NCBI GenBank assembly: GCA_964386625.1 | Contig: CAYLTF010000001.1 | Coordinates: 1-61,058 of the forward strand | Source of the DNA: an uncultured Akkermansia sp. | Lineage (GTDB): Bacteria > Verrucomicrobiota > Verrucomicrobiia > Limisphaerales > UBA9464 | Direction of reading: 5' to 3' | Length of the DNA stretch: 61,058 bases | Shown here: one piece after another, positions 29,512-38,764 of the stretch | Layout: each line of letters opens with the position of its first letter | Numbering within the stretch: position 1 is the stretch's first letter | Position numbers and translations under genes: made by a program | The notes under the pieces: generated by a model | What the model saw: only the letters and a program-made list of their open reading frames with translations | Databases searched by the model: none | What the model was told of the DNA's origin: nothing

Positions 29512-31718
29512 ATTCCGGCGGTTCGCGTTCGGTCGATCTTCTGTTTCCCATGCCCTGGAACCTGCGATTCCTGGCGATCCTCGGATCGCTCCTCCACATC
29601 CACGCCATGGCCGGTGCCGCCGATCCCGATTGGCTCCTCGATCCGTCGCCGTACCGGGCCCGGATCACGGAGCGATCCGATCGCCCGGAACTGGTCCTCG
29701 ACAACGGATTGCTGCGCCGCGTCATCCGCATCGCTCCCAACGCGGCCACCGTGTCCCTGGAGCACGGGGTCACCGGCGAGTCGTTGATCCGGGGAGTGAA
29801 GCCCGAGGCCGTGGTGGAGATCGACGGACAGCGCCTGGAGGTCGGTGGACTGCAGGGTCAGCCCAACTACGCCTTCCTGAGGCCCGAGTGGGAATCGCAA
29901 CTGAAGGCCCGGCCCGGGGCCTTCCGCTACGTGGGGCACCAGGTCGGCGTGCCTCAGGAACGCATGACCTGGAAACGGGTCCGTCATCATGCGCCCGGGG
30001 CCCACTGGCCACCGCGGGGCGCCACCCTGAGGCTCGATTTCGAGGCGCCGCCGTCGCCCGGTTCCGGGCCGTCGCTTCAGGGTCTCCGCATCTCGGTGCA
30101 TTACGAGCTGTATGACGGACTCCCCTGCTACTCCAAATGGCTGACCCTCAGCAACGGGACCGACCGCGCGGTGACGCTCAATCGGTTCTCCAGCGAGGTG
30201 CTGGCGGCGGTCGAGCGGGTGTCCGAGGTGGATGAACTGACTGTCGGACTCACGCCCCCGAACTTCCATGTCGAGACCGACTTGTCCTTTGGCGGGATGA
30301 CCGCGGCCGGGGCAAACCGGCGCTCCTACCGCTGGCTGCCCGACCCGGAGTTCCAATCGCAGGTCAACTACGAGAAGAAGACCCCGTGCCTGCTGGAGGT
30401 GGGCCCCGACCTCGGTCCGGCCCGGTCGCTGGCGCCGGGAGCGACCTTCGAGAGTTGCCGCGCCTGGATCCTGCCGCAGGACAGCACCGACCGGGAGCGC
30501 TGCGGCCTGGCGGTCCGGCGCATGGTCCGGACGGTGGCCCCCTGGGTGACCGAGAATCCGCTGATGATGCACCTGGTCTCGTCGCACGGACCGACGGTCA
30601 CCAATGCCATCGACCAATGCGCGGCGACGGGCTTCGAGATGCTCATCCTCAGCTTCGGCAGTGGTTTCGACATGGAGAACGAGCGTCCCGAGACCTTGCA
30701 GAAGGCCCGGTCCTTCGCCGCCTACGCGCGGAGCCGGGGCGTGGAGATCGGCAGCTATTCGCTCCTGGCCTCGCGCAGCGTCGGCGGCGGTCACGATGTG
30801 GTCATGCCGCCGGGGCTCAAGCCGGTGTTCGGCAACTCGCCCTGCCTCCAGAGCCGGTGGGGCACGAACTACTTCCGCCGCCTCTACGACTTCCACCGAC
30901 AGAGCGGGTTCACCCTGCTGGAGCACGACGGATCCTATCCCGGCGATCCCTGCGCCGCCACCGACCACCCGGGGCACCGCGGGTTGGAGGACTCCCGCTG
31001 GAACCAATGGGTGGAGATCCGCGATTTCTATCGCTGGTGCCGGGCCGAGGGCATCTACCTGAATGTCCCCGACCACTATTTCATGGCGGGTTCCACCAAG
31101 ACCGGGATGGGCTACCGCGAGGTCAACTGGTCGTTGCCGCGGGAGCAGCAGGTCATCCACACCCGGCAGAACATCTACGACGGCACCTGGGAGAAGAGCC
31201 CCAGCATGGGGTGGATGTTCGTGCCGCTCACCGAGTACCAGGGAGGCGGGGCGGCGGCGACGATCGAGCCCTTGTCGGAGCATCTCGACCACTATCGGCG
31301 CATGCTCGAGAGCAACCTCGCCCTGGGCGTTCAGGCCTGCTACCGCGGCCCGCGCCTGTTCGACAGCGAGGCCACCCGGGTGATGGTCAAGTCCCAGGTG
31401 GACTGGTTCAAGGCACACCGCGACATCCTCGAGAGCGACCTCATCCATGGTCGGCGTGCCGATGCCCGGGACCTCGATTGGATGCTCCATGTGAATCCCG
31501 GCTTGAAAGAAAAGGGATTGCTGGTGGTGTTCAACCCGTTGAACGAACCCGTGCGCAAGGTCCTGAAGCCCAACCTTTACTACACCGGGTTGACCCGCAC
31601 GGCGCGGGTGTCCGAGCGCGGGGGCAAGGCCCGGCGCCTGGAGGTGGGACGGGACGGGCGGATCGAGTTGATCGTGGAGGTCCCGGCCCAGGGCATGAAC
31701 TGGTGGGTGATCCAATGA
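29508..31718 (+). CDS. Secreted hypothetical protein with glycoside-hydrolase-like (TIM-barrel, GH36/melibiase-like) architecture
   Basis: Signal peptide. The N-terminal beta-domain (LVLDNGLLRRVIRIAPNAATVSLEH) is followed by a central region (GFEMLILSFGSGFDMEN...LLEHDGSYPGD...) and a C-terminal beta-sandwich. The family call is inference only. Its ATG overlaps the upstream TGA (ATGA). Confidence 0.65.
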   Translation: MNSGGSRSVDLLFPMPWNLRFLAILGSLLHIHAMAGAADPDWLLDPSPYRARITERSDRPELVLDNGLLRRVIRIAPNAATVSLEHGVTGESLIRGVKPEAVVEIDGQRLEVGGLQGQPNYAFLRPEWESQLKARPGAFRYVGHQVGVPQERMTWKRVRHHAPGAHWPPRGATLRLDFEAPPSPGSGPSLQGLRISVHYELYDGLPCYSKWLTLSNGTDRAVTLNRFSSEVLAAVERVSEVDELTVGLTPPNFHVETDLSFGGMTAAGANRRSYRWLPDPEFQSQVNYEKKTPCLLEVGPDLGPARSLAPGATFESCRAWILPQDSTDRERCGLAVRRMVRTVAPWVTENPLMMHLVSSHGPTVTNAIDQCAATGFEMLILSFGSGFDMENERPETLQKARSFAAYARSRGVEIGSYSLLASRSVGGGHDVVMPPGLKPVFGNSPCLQSRWGTNYFRRLYDFHRQSGFTLLEHDGSYPGDPCAATDHPGHRGLEDSRWNQWVEIRDFYRWCRAEGIYLNVPDHYFMAGSTKTGMGYREVNWSLPREQQVIHTRQNIYDGTWEKSPSMGWMFVPLTEYQGGGAAATIEPLSEHLDHYRRMLESNLALGVQACYRGPRLFDSEATRVMVKSQVDWFKAHRDILESDLIHGRRADARDLDWMLHVNPGLKEKGLLVVFNPLNEPVRKVLKPNLYYTGLTRTARVSERGGKARRLEVGRDGRIELIVEVPAQGMNWWVIQ

Positions 31719-33427
31719 ATGATCGCAGATGGAACAATCCGGGCGGTTCCCGATGGTTTCGGCGTCCGGGAGTCTGGGGTGGTATCGCGTGGGTTCTGAT
31801 GAGCCTGTCGCTGGTGGCCCAGAGTCCGTCCACTCCGACCGCGCCACCGTCCGCGCCGGCTTCCTCGGATGCCGCCGCCTCCCGAGGGCGGGACCTGTAC
31901 CTGAAGAACTGCTTCGCCTGCCATCAGATGCGGGGGCAGGGGATTCCCGGGGTGTTTCCCCCCTTGGCCGGATCCGATTACCTCTTGGCCGATATCGACC
32001 GGGCGATCCGCATCGTCTGCGAGGGATTGAGCGGCGAGATCACGGTCAATGGGCGTCGCTACGCCGGCGTGATGCCACCGGCCGTGCTGGAAGACGAAGA
32101 GGTGGCCCTGGTCTTGAACCATGTCCTTCGCAACTGGGGCAATTCCGGGCCCGAGGTGACGGCGGATCAGGTCAAGAAGGTGAGGGCCACCACGGCCTAC
32201 CCGACGATCGAGGCCCTGCGGCAGGCCAATCGATATCCGCCCCTGCCGAAGGCCCCCGAGGGTTTTCGCTTGAGGGAGGTCGCCCGCCTTCCGTTCCGCC
32301 CAGTGCGCCTGGCCAGCGAAGGGCGAGGCAAGGGGCTTTATGTGCTCACCGAGCAGGGGGACGTCTGGTCGTTGGATCCCTCCAATGCCGCGCTGAAGCA
32401 GATCCTGCCGGCCAACCGCTACCTGGAGCGTCGCCCGGATGACATCGGTGGACCGCTCTTCGTGCTGGGCATGACCTTCGACCGGCAGAAGCGGCTCTAC
32501 ATCGCCTCCAACCAGCAGAACAAGGCGACCCGGCCCTACCAGAACATCGTCACGATCTATCGCAGCACCGGTGTGTCCAACGGATACCCCACCGACCTCA
32601 AGCCCTGGTTCCAGACCAACTACCCGGGCAGTCCGGCCTACATCCATGGCGTGGAGCACATCGCCTTCGGACCGGATGGGCATCTCTACGTCGGCAATGG
32701 CGGACGGACCGATGGCGGTTTGACCGGTGCCGATTCCGAATGGTACGGCGGCGGTGAGACGCCGATCACCGGTTGCCTGTGGCGCATCAAGACCGACGTG
32801 GAACCGCCGACCCTCGAGGTGTACGCCCGCGGGATGCGCAACGCCTACGGGTTCTGCTGGAACGACGCGGGCGAGATGTTCGCCACCGAGAACGGACCCG
32901 ATGCCGATGCCCCCGAGGAACTCAACCACATCGAGGAAGGTCGCCACTACGGCTTCCCGTATCGGTTCGCGGACTGGACGAAGAAGGCCTACCCGACGAG
33001 CCCCGAGCCGCCGGCCGGACAGACCTTCACCTTGCCGGTGGCCAACCTGGGCCCCGACGGCGGGTTCGCCGGCACCCCGATGTTCACCTTCGATCCGCAT
33101 TCGGGCCCGGGCGGCATCGTGTTCCTGGGCAAGGACTTTCCGGAAGGGTACCGGGGGACGTTCCTGCTGACCCGGTTCGGGAATTTCATCCGGTCCCCCA
33201 AGGAGAACTCCGGCTTCGATGTGCTGCGCGCCACCCTGCGCCGCAATGCCGAGGGTCGCTACGAAGGGCACTTCCACACCGTGCTGTCGGGCTTGGGGCG
33301 TCCCATCGACATCCATCAGGGCGCCCCCGGAAAGCTCTACATCGCCGAGTACTCCCGGGCCACCAACAGCAGCGATTCCTACGGACCGTCGGGCCGGATC
33401 CTCGAACTGTCAGTGGCGGGGCGGTGA
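31715..33427 (+). CDS. Cytochrome c domain fused to a PQQ-dependent (soluble glucose/sorbosone dehydrogenase-like) beta-propeller
   Basis: The N-terminal domain has CFACHQMRGQG...VMPP. The propeller has HGVEHIAFGPDGHLYVGNGGRTDGG and RGMRNAYGFCWNDAGEMFATENGPDADAPEELNHIEEGRHYGFPY, typical of the GSDH family. Its ATG overlaps the upstream TGA (ATGA). Confidence 0.8.
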   Translation: MNDRRWNNPGGSRWFRRPGVWGGIAWVLMSLSLVAQSPSTPTAPPSAPASSDAAASRGRDLYLKNCFACHQMRGQGIPGVFPPLAGSDYLLADIDRAIRIVCEGLSGEITVNGRRYAGVMPPAVLEDEEVALVLNHVLRNWGNSGPEVTADQVKKVRATTAYPTIEALRQANRYPPLPKAPEGFRLREVARLPFRPVRLASEGRGKGLYVLTEQGDVWSLDPSNAALKQILPANRYLERRPDDIGGPLFVLGMTFDRQKRLYIASNQQNKATRPYQNIVTIYRSTGVSNGYPTDLKPWFQTNYPGSPAYIHGVEHIAFGPDGHLYVGNGGRTDGGLTGADSEWYGGGETPITGCLWRIKTDVEPPTLEVYARGMRNAYGFCWNDAGEMFATENGPDADAPEELNHIEEGRHYGFPYRFADWTKKAYPTSPEPPAGQTFTLPVANLGPDGGFAGTPMFTFDPHSGPGGIVFLGKDFPEGYRGTFLLTRFGNFIRSPKENSGFDVLRATLRRNAEGRYEGHFHTVLSGLGRPIDIHQGAPGKLYIAEYSRATNSSDSYGPSGRILELSVAGR

Positions 33428-33446
33428 GGAAATCCCGGGCCGGGGT

Positions 33447-34169
33447 TCAGGCCGGCCGGGTCGCATCGATGTCGATGGCGGGCAAGCGACGACGCTGGTA
33501 CCAGGCCATGCCCACCAGGTCGAAGATCCCCCGCCCGAGACGGTTCCACACCCCGTATTTGGAGACGCCGGCCGTGCGGGGCCGGTGCTTCACCGGCACC
33601 TCGAGCACCTTGCTCCCGTTGCCGGCCACCAGGATGGGCAGGAATCGATGCAGTCCGTTGAACGGAAAGACTCCCGCCAGGCTGCTGCGCTTGAACGCCC
33701 TCAGGGCGCAGCCGGTGTCGGCGAAATCCCAGCCCAGGCTCCACGACCGGACGCTCCGTGCCACCCGTGATGACAATTTGCGGACGAACGAATCTTGCCG
33801 GGCGACGCGGTGGCCGCAGACGAAGTCGGCGCGGTCGAGCATCTGGAGCATCCGGGGCAGCTCCGACGGATCATTCTGGAGGTCGCCGTCGAGCGTGCAG
33901 AGGAAGGGGGTGTCCGTCCGGGAGATGCCCGTCCAGATGGCGGCGCTTTGGCCCGCGTTCTTGCGGTGACGAAGTCCGACGACCCTTGGATCCAAGGCCT
34001 GTTGGGCGCGGATCGCCTCCCAGGTGCCGTCGGTGGAGGCGTCATCGACCAGCACCAGTTGCCAGGGCCGGGTCTCGGCACGGAACACCTGTGCGATCTC
34101 GGTCACCAACGGAACGATGTTGGCTTCCTCGTTGAAGACGGGGACGACGATGGCGATCTGCGGAACCAC
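33447..34169 (-). CDS. Family 2 glycosyltransferase (polyprenol-phosphate glycosyltransferase-like)
   Basis: IVVPVFNEEANI, LVDDASTDGT and LDGDLQNDP (DxD region), typical of GT2 DPM1/ArnC-like enzymes. Confidence 0.85.
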   Translation of the reverse strand: MVPQIAIVVPVFNEEANIVPLVTEIAQVFRAETRPWQLVLVDDASTDGTWEAIRAQQALDPRVVGLRHRKNAGQSAAIWTGISRTDTPFLCTLDGDLQNDPSELPRMLQMLDRADFVCGHRVARQDSFVRKLSSRVARSVRSWSLGWDFADTGCALRAFKRSSLAGVFPFNGLHRFLPILVAGNGSKVLEVPVKHRPRTAGVSKYGVWNRLGRGIFDLVGMAWYQRRRLPAIDIDATRPA

Positions 34170-34281
34170 GGACGGAGCCTAGGGAGTCCCCGGCCCGGGA
34201 ACCAGCCGTGTTTGCGGGCTCGGGACGCCCCGGACACCGTGTCCGATTGGTGTGCGTCGCAAGACGGGCTAGTCTGGCCGC

Positions 34282-35124
34282 ATGCCGGAATTGCCAGAAG
34301 TGGAGGCCTTCGGTCGGTGGCTGCTGCCCCGGGTCCGTGGGCGTCATCTCACCGGGGTCGAGGTGTTGAAGCCTCGGTTGGTGCGCCCGTTGACACCGGC
34401 GCGATTCCGCTCGGCCCTGGCCGCGTGTCGACTCCGCGACCTGGGCCGCCGCGCCAAATGCCTGCTCTGGGACTGGGTCCGCCCGGATGGCGAGTCGTTG
34501 CTGATGGTGAGTCACCTGGGCATGACCGGTTCCTGGGAGATCCCGGCGGGCGGAGATCCGTTGCCGCGCCATGCGGCGGTGGTGCTCCAGTTCGACGACC
34601 TGCGCGTGGTGCTGGACGATCCGCGTCAGTTCGGTTGGTTGCGCCTGGGGACCGGATCGATGCCGATCTCGGGTCCGGAGCCGTTGGAGCCGGCCTTCAC
34701 GCCGGAGGTCCTCGCCGGGGCGCTGGCCCGCGATCGTCGACCGATCAAGGTGTGCCTGATGGACCCGGCCCGTCTCGCCGGGGTCGGCAATCTCTATGCC
34801 AGCGAGGCCCTGTTCCTGGCCGGGTTGGATCCGGCCCGACCCGGCCGGTCTCTCGTGCCGGAGGAGTTCCATCGGCTGCACGGCGTGCTGGTGAAGCTCC
34901 TCAAGGCGGCGGTGGAACGGAACCTCCGCGCGCTCGAGGCCGGTCGTCCCATGCTGTATCAGCAGGATGGGGTGCCGGAGTCGCCCGAAGAGGGCGGCCT
35001 CTGGGTCTACGACCGCGAGGGTGAGCCGTGTCGGCGTTGCGGGACGGCGATCGTCCGGTTCACCCAGTCGGGACGATCCACCTACCAGTGTCCCCGGTGT
35101 CAGCATGCCCGGGTCGAAGCCTGA
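34282..35124 (+). CDS. mutM: Formamidopyrimidine-DNA glycosylase
   Basis: The MPELPEVE N-terminus carries the catalytic Pro2/Glu3. H2TH region. C-terminal zinc finger CRRCG...YQCPRCQ. Confidence 0.9.
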   Translation: MPELPEVEAFGRWLLPRVRGRHLTGVEVLKPRLVRPLTPARFRSALAACRLRDLGRRAKCLLWDWVRPDGESLLMVSHLGMTGSWEIPAGGDPLPRHAAVVLQFDDLRVVLDDPRQFGWLRLGTGSMPISGPEPLEPAFTPEVLAGALARDRRPIKVCLMDPARLAGVGNLYASEALFLAGLDPARPGRSLVPEEFHRLHGVLVKLLKAAVERNLRALEAGRPMLYQQDGVPESPEEGGLWVYDREGEPCRRCGTAIVRFTQSGRSTYQCPRCQHARVEA

Positions 35125-35239
35125 GGCTTCGGGGTTTCGCCGTCGGCCCTCGGCACCGTTGCGGACTGCGGCGTGGGAGCGATGCGAGCCTGCGTTGAGG
35201 GATTGTCAGGAGGGCCGTCGGCGGTGCTGAATCCCCGCC

Positions 35240-35710
35240 GTGAACCGCCATCCGGATGCACGGAGCCGATGTCGACGGGAGTGGGCGCCGACCAGGACGC
35301 CCTTCCTCTGCTTGTCGTTCGTGGCGCTGGTGGTCGCGCTCTCCGGTTGCGCCTCCGGTTCAGCCGCCGGAGCCCCGAAGCCCAAGCCCGGGGCCCCGAA
35401 CACGGTGCCGCCACAGTGGTTGCGGACGGAGCTGCACTTGGCCGCTGTCGACACCGAAGATTGGGAGGTCTTCATGGCGGAGCGAATCACCCCGCGTTTT
35501 CCGGGCGGGTTCACCGTTTCCGATGTCCTGGACCAATGGCGCACGCCGCAAGGCGAGGTCCGTCGCATCCCGACCAAGTTGCTTGTGATCCTGCATCCGC
35601 CGACCCACGAGGCCGAGCAGGCCATCGAGGCCATCCGCAACGAATACCGGAACGCCTTCGGGTTGGCGTCGGTCCTTCGCACCACCACCCCGGCCCTTGT
35701 CTCCTTCTGA
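35240..35710 (+). CDS. DUF3574-family lipoprotein
   Basis: Lipobox LSGC. ITPRFPGGFTVSDVLDQWRTPQGEVRRIPTKLLVILH...IEAIRNEYRNAF resembles the DUF3574 core. GTG start, uncertain. Confidence 0.6.
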   Translation: MNRHPDARSRCRREWAPTRTPFLCLSFVALVVALSGCASGSAAGAPKPKPGAPNTVPPQWLRTELHLAAVDTEDWEVFMAERITPRFPGGFTVSDVLDQWRTPQGEVRRIPTKLLVILHPPTHEAEQAIEAIRNEYRNAFGLASVLRTTTPALVSF

Positions 35711-35715
35711 TCGGC

Positions 35716-36330
35716 ATGAACCCGCTGCCCCTCATCCTGGCCTCGGCCTCTCCCCGGCGCGTCGAGTTGCTGCGCTCCCTGATCGCGGAATTCCAGGTGG
35801 TCCCGAGCGATGCCACCGAGATCCACGATGCCGCCCTGGGGGTTCGCCCACTCTGCGAGCTCAACGCGCGCCTCAAGGCCGAGCCCGTGGCCAGACGGTA
35901 TCCGGGGCATCTGGTCCTGGGGGCCGACACGCTGGTGTGGCTGGAGGGACGCCCGCTGGGCAAACCGGCCGACCTCGCCGAGGCCCGCGCCATGCTCGAG
36001 GGCCTGTCGGGCAAGGGGCACGAGGTGGTCACCGGAGTGTGTCTGATGCATGCCGGTTCAGGACGCACCGAGGTGTTCTCCGACGTGACCCGGGTGGTTT
36101 TCCGAACCCTCGACGCTGGGGTGATCGACCGCTACCTGAGGGCGGTCCCGACGCTCGACAAGGCCGGTGGCTACGCCCTCCAGCAGCACGGCGATTGGCT
36201 GGTGGAGTCGGTGACCGGTTCACCGTCGAATGTCATCGGCCTGCCGGTGGAGGCCCTGCGGAAGGTCCTGGCGGATTGGGGGTGCCCCCTCAAGGATGCG
36301 CTGGACGCCGCAGGCGCGCCGGGGCGCTGA
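35716..36330 (+). CDS. maf: Maf-family nucleoside triphosphate pyrophosphatase
   Basis: LILASASPRR, GADTLV, KAGGYALQ and NVIGLP motifs. Start at ATG 35716. Confidence 0.9.
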   Translation: MNPLPLILASASPRRVELLRSLIAEFQVVPSDATEIHDAALGVRPLCELNARLKAEPVARRYPGHLVLGADTLVWLEGRPLGKPADLAEARAMLEGLSGKGHEVVTGVCLMHAGSGRTEVFSDVTRVVFRTLDAGVIDRYLRAVPTLDKAGGYALQQHGDWLVESVTGSPSNVIGLPVEALRKVLADWGCPLKDALDAAGAPGR

Positions 36331-37603
36331 CGGCGACCGCCCAGAACAACAGGGCGACGTTGAAGATCACGAGCCTCTGGACCACCCGCTCCAGTCCCTC
36401 GGCCGGAGTGCCTTGGAGGAGGGTTTCCCGGAAGCCCCAGAGACTCCCGCCGTAGATGGTGGCCAGGACCAGAGCACCGGGGACGAACCGGAAGTCGCCA
36501 TGGGCCATCCGGTCGCTGAAGAACACGTTGGCCAGTGTGAACGCCAGCATGCCCCAGGCGAACCAGGGCACCAGCGGGGCCGACAACTCGGTGGGGATGC
36601 CCGGCAGCAGGATCTTGACCGGGAGCCACGGCAACGCGGTGCAGCCCAGGGCCGCCAGTCCGCCCAGGGTGGCCGTCGCCAGCAGGGTCCAGCGGAAGGC
36701 CTGGTGCCCGTCGCCCCCGGCGGCGCTGCGGGCGACCTTGGGGAACATGACCAGCGCCAGGGGCACGGTGAATTGGCTGAGGGCGAACCCGATCTGGGCA
36801 CCGGGCGAGTACCGCGAGCCGACCTCCTGTTGCCAGCGTTCCGGGATGGCCGACTGCAGGAAGAGGTTGTCGAGTTGCCCCAGGGCCTGAAGGGCCGCTG
36901 CACCGAGGAAGAGGGACCAGAATCCGGTGCCCCGATCAGTGGACACCCGGTCAGTGGGTGACTGGGTCGCGGTCGGGTCGGTCGGCCGGTCGGTCGCCGG
37001 ACGCAGGGCCCGGAATCCGGCCGCCATCGCGACCAACGTGCCCATCAGGGCTCCGCCGATGGCCCCGGAGGCTCCACCGCCGATCCAGGTGAGGATCCCC
37101 ACCACCGCGGCGAATCGCCCCAACCCGTCGGCGATGGACATGAGGCCCAGGCCCGCGAAGTCCTGCCTTCCCTGAAGGACGCCCCGCTGCAGTGCCGCCA
37201 GCAATGAGGCCAGGATGAGTCCCCAGGTGATCCAGAGCGGCAGGACCGAGGGGAGCTTCAGTTGGGCCGCCAGCCATGGCCCGCCGGGGATCAGCGCCAC
37301 CCCGACCGCGGACATCCCCCAGGCGACGGTCCCGGCGATGCGCCTCAGGCGGTGCCGTGTCGCCTCGTCGGCCTCGGGCGTCAGCGCCATGGCCGTCTGC
37401 CGGGCCGCGAGGGTCCAGAGGGCTCCCTGGGCCGCCCCCACGACGTAGAAGATCGCCAACAGAGACTTGAACTGGAAGTAGACCTGGGCACCGCCGAGCT
37501 TGGAGACCGATCCGTGGACCAGGGCCATGCCGGCCCCGCCCCCGAGCGTGGCGGCGATCATCCAGAGGCTCTGCCGGAAGAACCGGGATTTGGATTCGCT
37601 CAT
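36290..37603 (-). CDS. Polytopic membrane protein, oligosaccharide flippase-like (MOP/Wzx-MurJ superfamily)
   Basis: About 437 aa with around 12 hydrophobic segments, starting MSESKSRFFRQSLWMIAATLGGG. Its start overlaps the rluD stop by 4 nt. The 3' end overlaps the convergent maf gene by 41 nt. The family call is inference. Confidence 0.6.
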   Translation of the reverse strand: MSESKSRFFRQSLWMIAATLGGGAGMALVHGSVSKLGGAQVYFQFKSLLAIFYVVGAAQGALWTLAARQTAMALTPEADEATRHRLRRIAGTVAWGMSAVGVALIPGGPWLAAQLKLPSVLPLWITWGLILASLLAALQRGVLQGRQDFAGLGLMSIADGLGRFAAVVGILTWIGGGASGAIGGALMGTLVAMAAGFRALRPATDRPTDPTATQSPTDRVSTDRGTGFWSLFLGAAALQALGQLDNLFLQSAIPERWQQEVGSRYSPGAQIGFALSQFTVPLALVMFPKVARSAAGGDGHQAFRWTLLATATLGGLAALGCTALPWLPVKILLPGIPTELSAPLVPWFAWGMLAFTLANVFFSDRMAHGDFRFVPGALVLATIYGGSLWGFRETLLQGTPAEGLERVVQRLVIFNVALLFWAVAVSAPARLRRPAHP

Positions 37604-38592
37604 GGTCGGCTCCGGGGCGGTGGCGCGGTCGGCGATGCCTTCGGTGCGGCCTCGCCCCGCAGTCGTTCCAGGCAGTCCGACATGTCGGCTGGCAGCGGGG
37701 CCTCGAAGGCGACGGGTTGACCCGTGCGTGGGTGCAGGAAGGCCAACCGTGCGGCATGCAGCATCTGGCGCGGAGCCTTCCAGCGGTGTTCCTGGAAGAA
37801 TCGGGCGTTGGCCCGCTCGCCGTAGACCACGTCTCCGAGCAGCGGGAAGCCCAGGTGCGAGAGATGGACGCGGATCTGGTGTGTCCGGCCGGTGTGCAGG
37901 CGGCATTCGACCCGGGAAGTGTCGCCGAAGGTCTCCAGGCAGCGGTATTCGGTCCAGGCCTCGCGCCCGGCCCCGGCCGTCGTCACCGCCATCTTCTTGC
38001 GCTGGACCGGGTGGCGGGCGAGGGGAGCTCGGATGTCGCCGGCGGCCGGGTGGACCTTGCCGATGACCAGCGCCAGGTAGGTCTTCTCGACGGTGCGTCC
38101 GGCGAACTGCTCCGAGAGGTGCACGTGCGCCGCATCGGTCTTGGCCACCACGATGCAACCGCTGGTGCCCAGGTCCAGCCGGTGGACGATGCCCGGCCGC
38201 TCGACGCCGCCGATGCCGCTCAAACGACCCCGGCAATGGTGCAACAGGGCATGCACCAATGTGCCTGAGTCATGGCCGGCGGCCGGGTGGACCACCAGGT
38301 CGGCCGGCTTGTCCACCACGAGCAGGTCGTCGTCTTCGTGCAGGACGGACAAGGGTATTTCTTCCGGCAGCACCTCGCTGGGGATCGCCTCCGGCCAGCG
38401 CACCTGGATCCTGTCTCCCACCCGGGGGTGGTCGGTCGATTTCGGGACCGAGCCGTTCACCAGCACCGCCCCCTCGGAGATCAGTTGCTGGAACCGCCCC
38501 CGGGAGGTCTCCGGGAAACGCTCCGCGAGCCAGCGGTCCAAGCGGAGCCCCGGGCGGCTTTCGCTGATCTCGATATCGATGGGTTCGGGCAT
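37600..38592 (-). CDS. rluD: 23S rRNA pseudouridine synthase, RluA/RluD family
   Basis: S4-like N-terminus (RLDRWLAERF...), active-site HRLDLGTSG, and HQIRVHL. Start at internal ATG 38592. Confidence 0.9.
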   Translation of the reverse strand: MPEPIDIEISESRPGLRLDRWLAERFPETSRGRFQQLISEGAVLVNGSVPKSTDHPRVGDRIQVRWPEAIPSEVLPEEIPLSVLHEDDDLLVVDKPADLVVHPAAGHDSGTLVHALLHHCRGRLSGIGGVERPGIVHRLDLGTSGCIVVAKTDAAHVHLSEQFAGRTVEKTYLALVIGKVHPAAGDIRAPLARHPVQRKKMAVTTAGAGREAWTEYRCLETFGDTSRVECRLHTGRTHQIRVHLSHLGFPLLGDVVYGERANARFFQEHRWKAPRQMLHAARLAFLHPRTGQPVAFEAPLPADMSDCLERLRGEAAPKASPTAPPPRSRP

Positions 38593-38764
38593 GGTTCGAC
38601 CGAATGTCGGGTCCGGTCCGCGCGAGCCTAGGGGGGCGGCCTCTCGAATGCGACCGCCAATCGGCCTCGCCGCCGGTCCGATCTGGGGGGTGTCCCCGGC
38701 AATCGGAGCCTGCGGGTGGTTCCCCGCTTGCCGCGACCTCCGGAGGGTCCGTAGATTGTCAGGC

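Noticed and set aside
36290-36330. A 41-nt overlap of the convergent maf and flippase-like genes, and a 10-nt argG/mobA overlap at 16517..16526. These might indicate mis-called ends or antisense regulation.
   Set aside because: Both members of each pair have intact family motifs up to near their C-termini. Short convergent overlaps are common in compact GC-rich genomes. Nothing in the sequence points to a specific regulatory function.
38093-38764. Long N-terminal extensions of track ORFs, for example ftsK from 38093, tolB from 7616, tolA-like from 6366, tolR from 6211, 30386..33427, 29013..31718, 58142..60172 and 36290..38236.
   Set aside because: The extensions overlap the upstream gene in another frame and have Arg/Pro/Gly-rich composition. 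They disappear when the start is placed at the internal ATG/GTG that gives a signal peptide or canonical N-terminus, which is often an ATGA overlap with the upstream stop.
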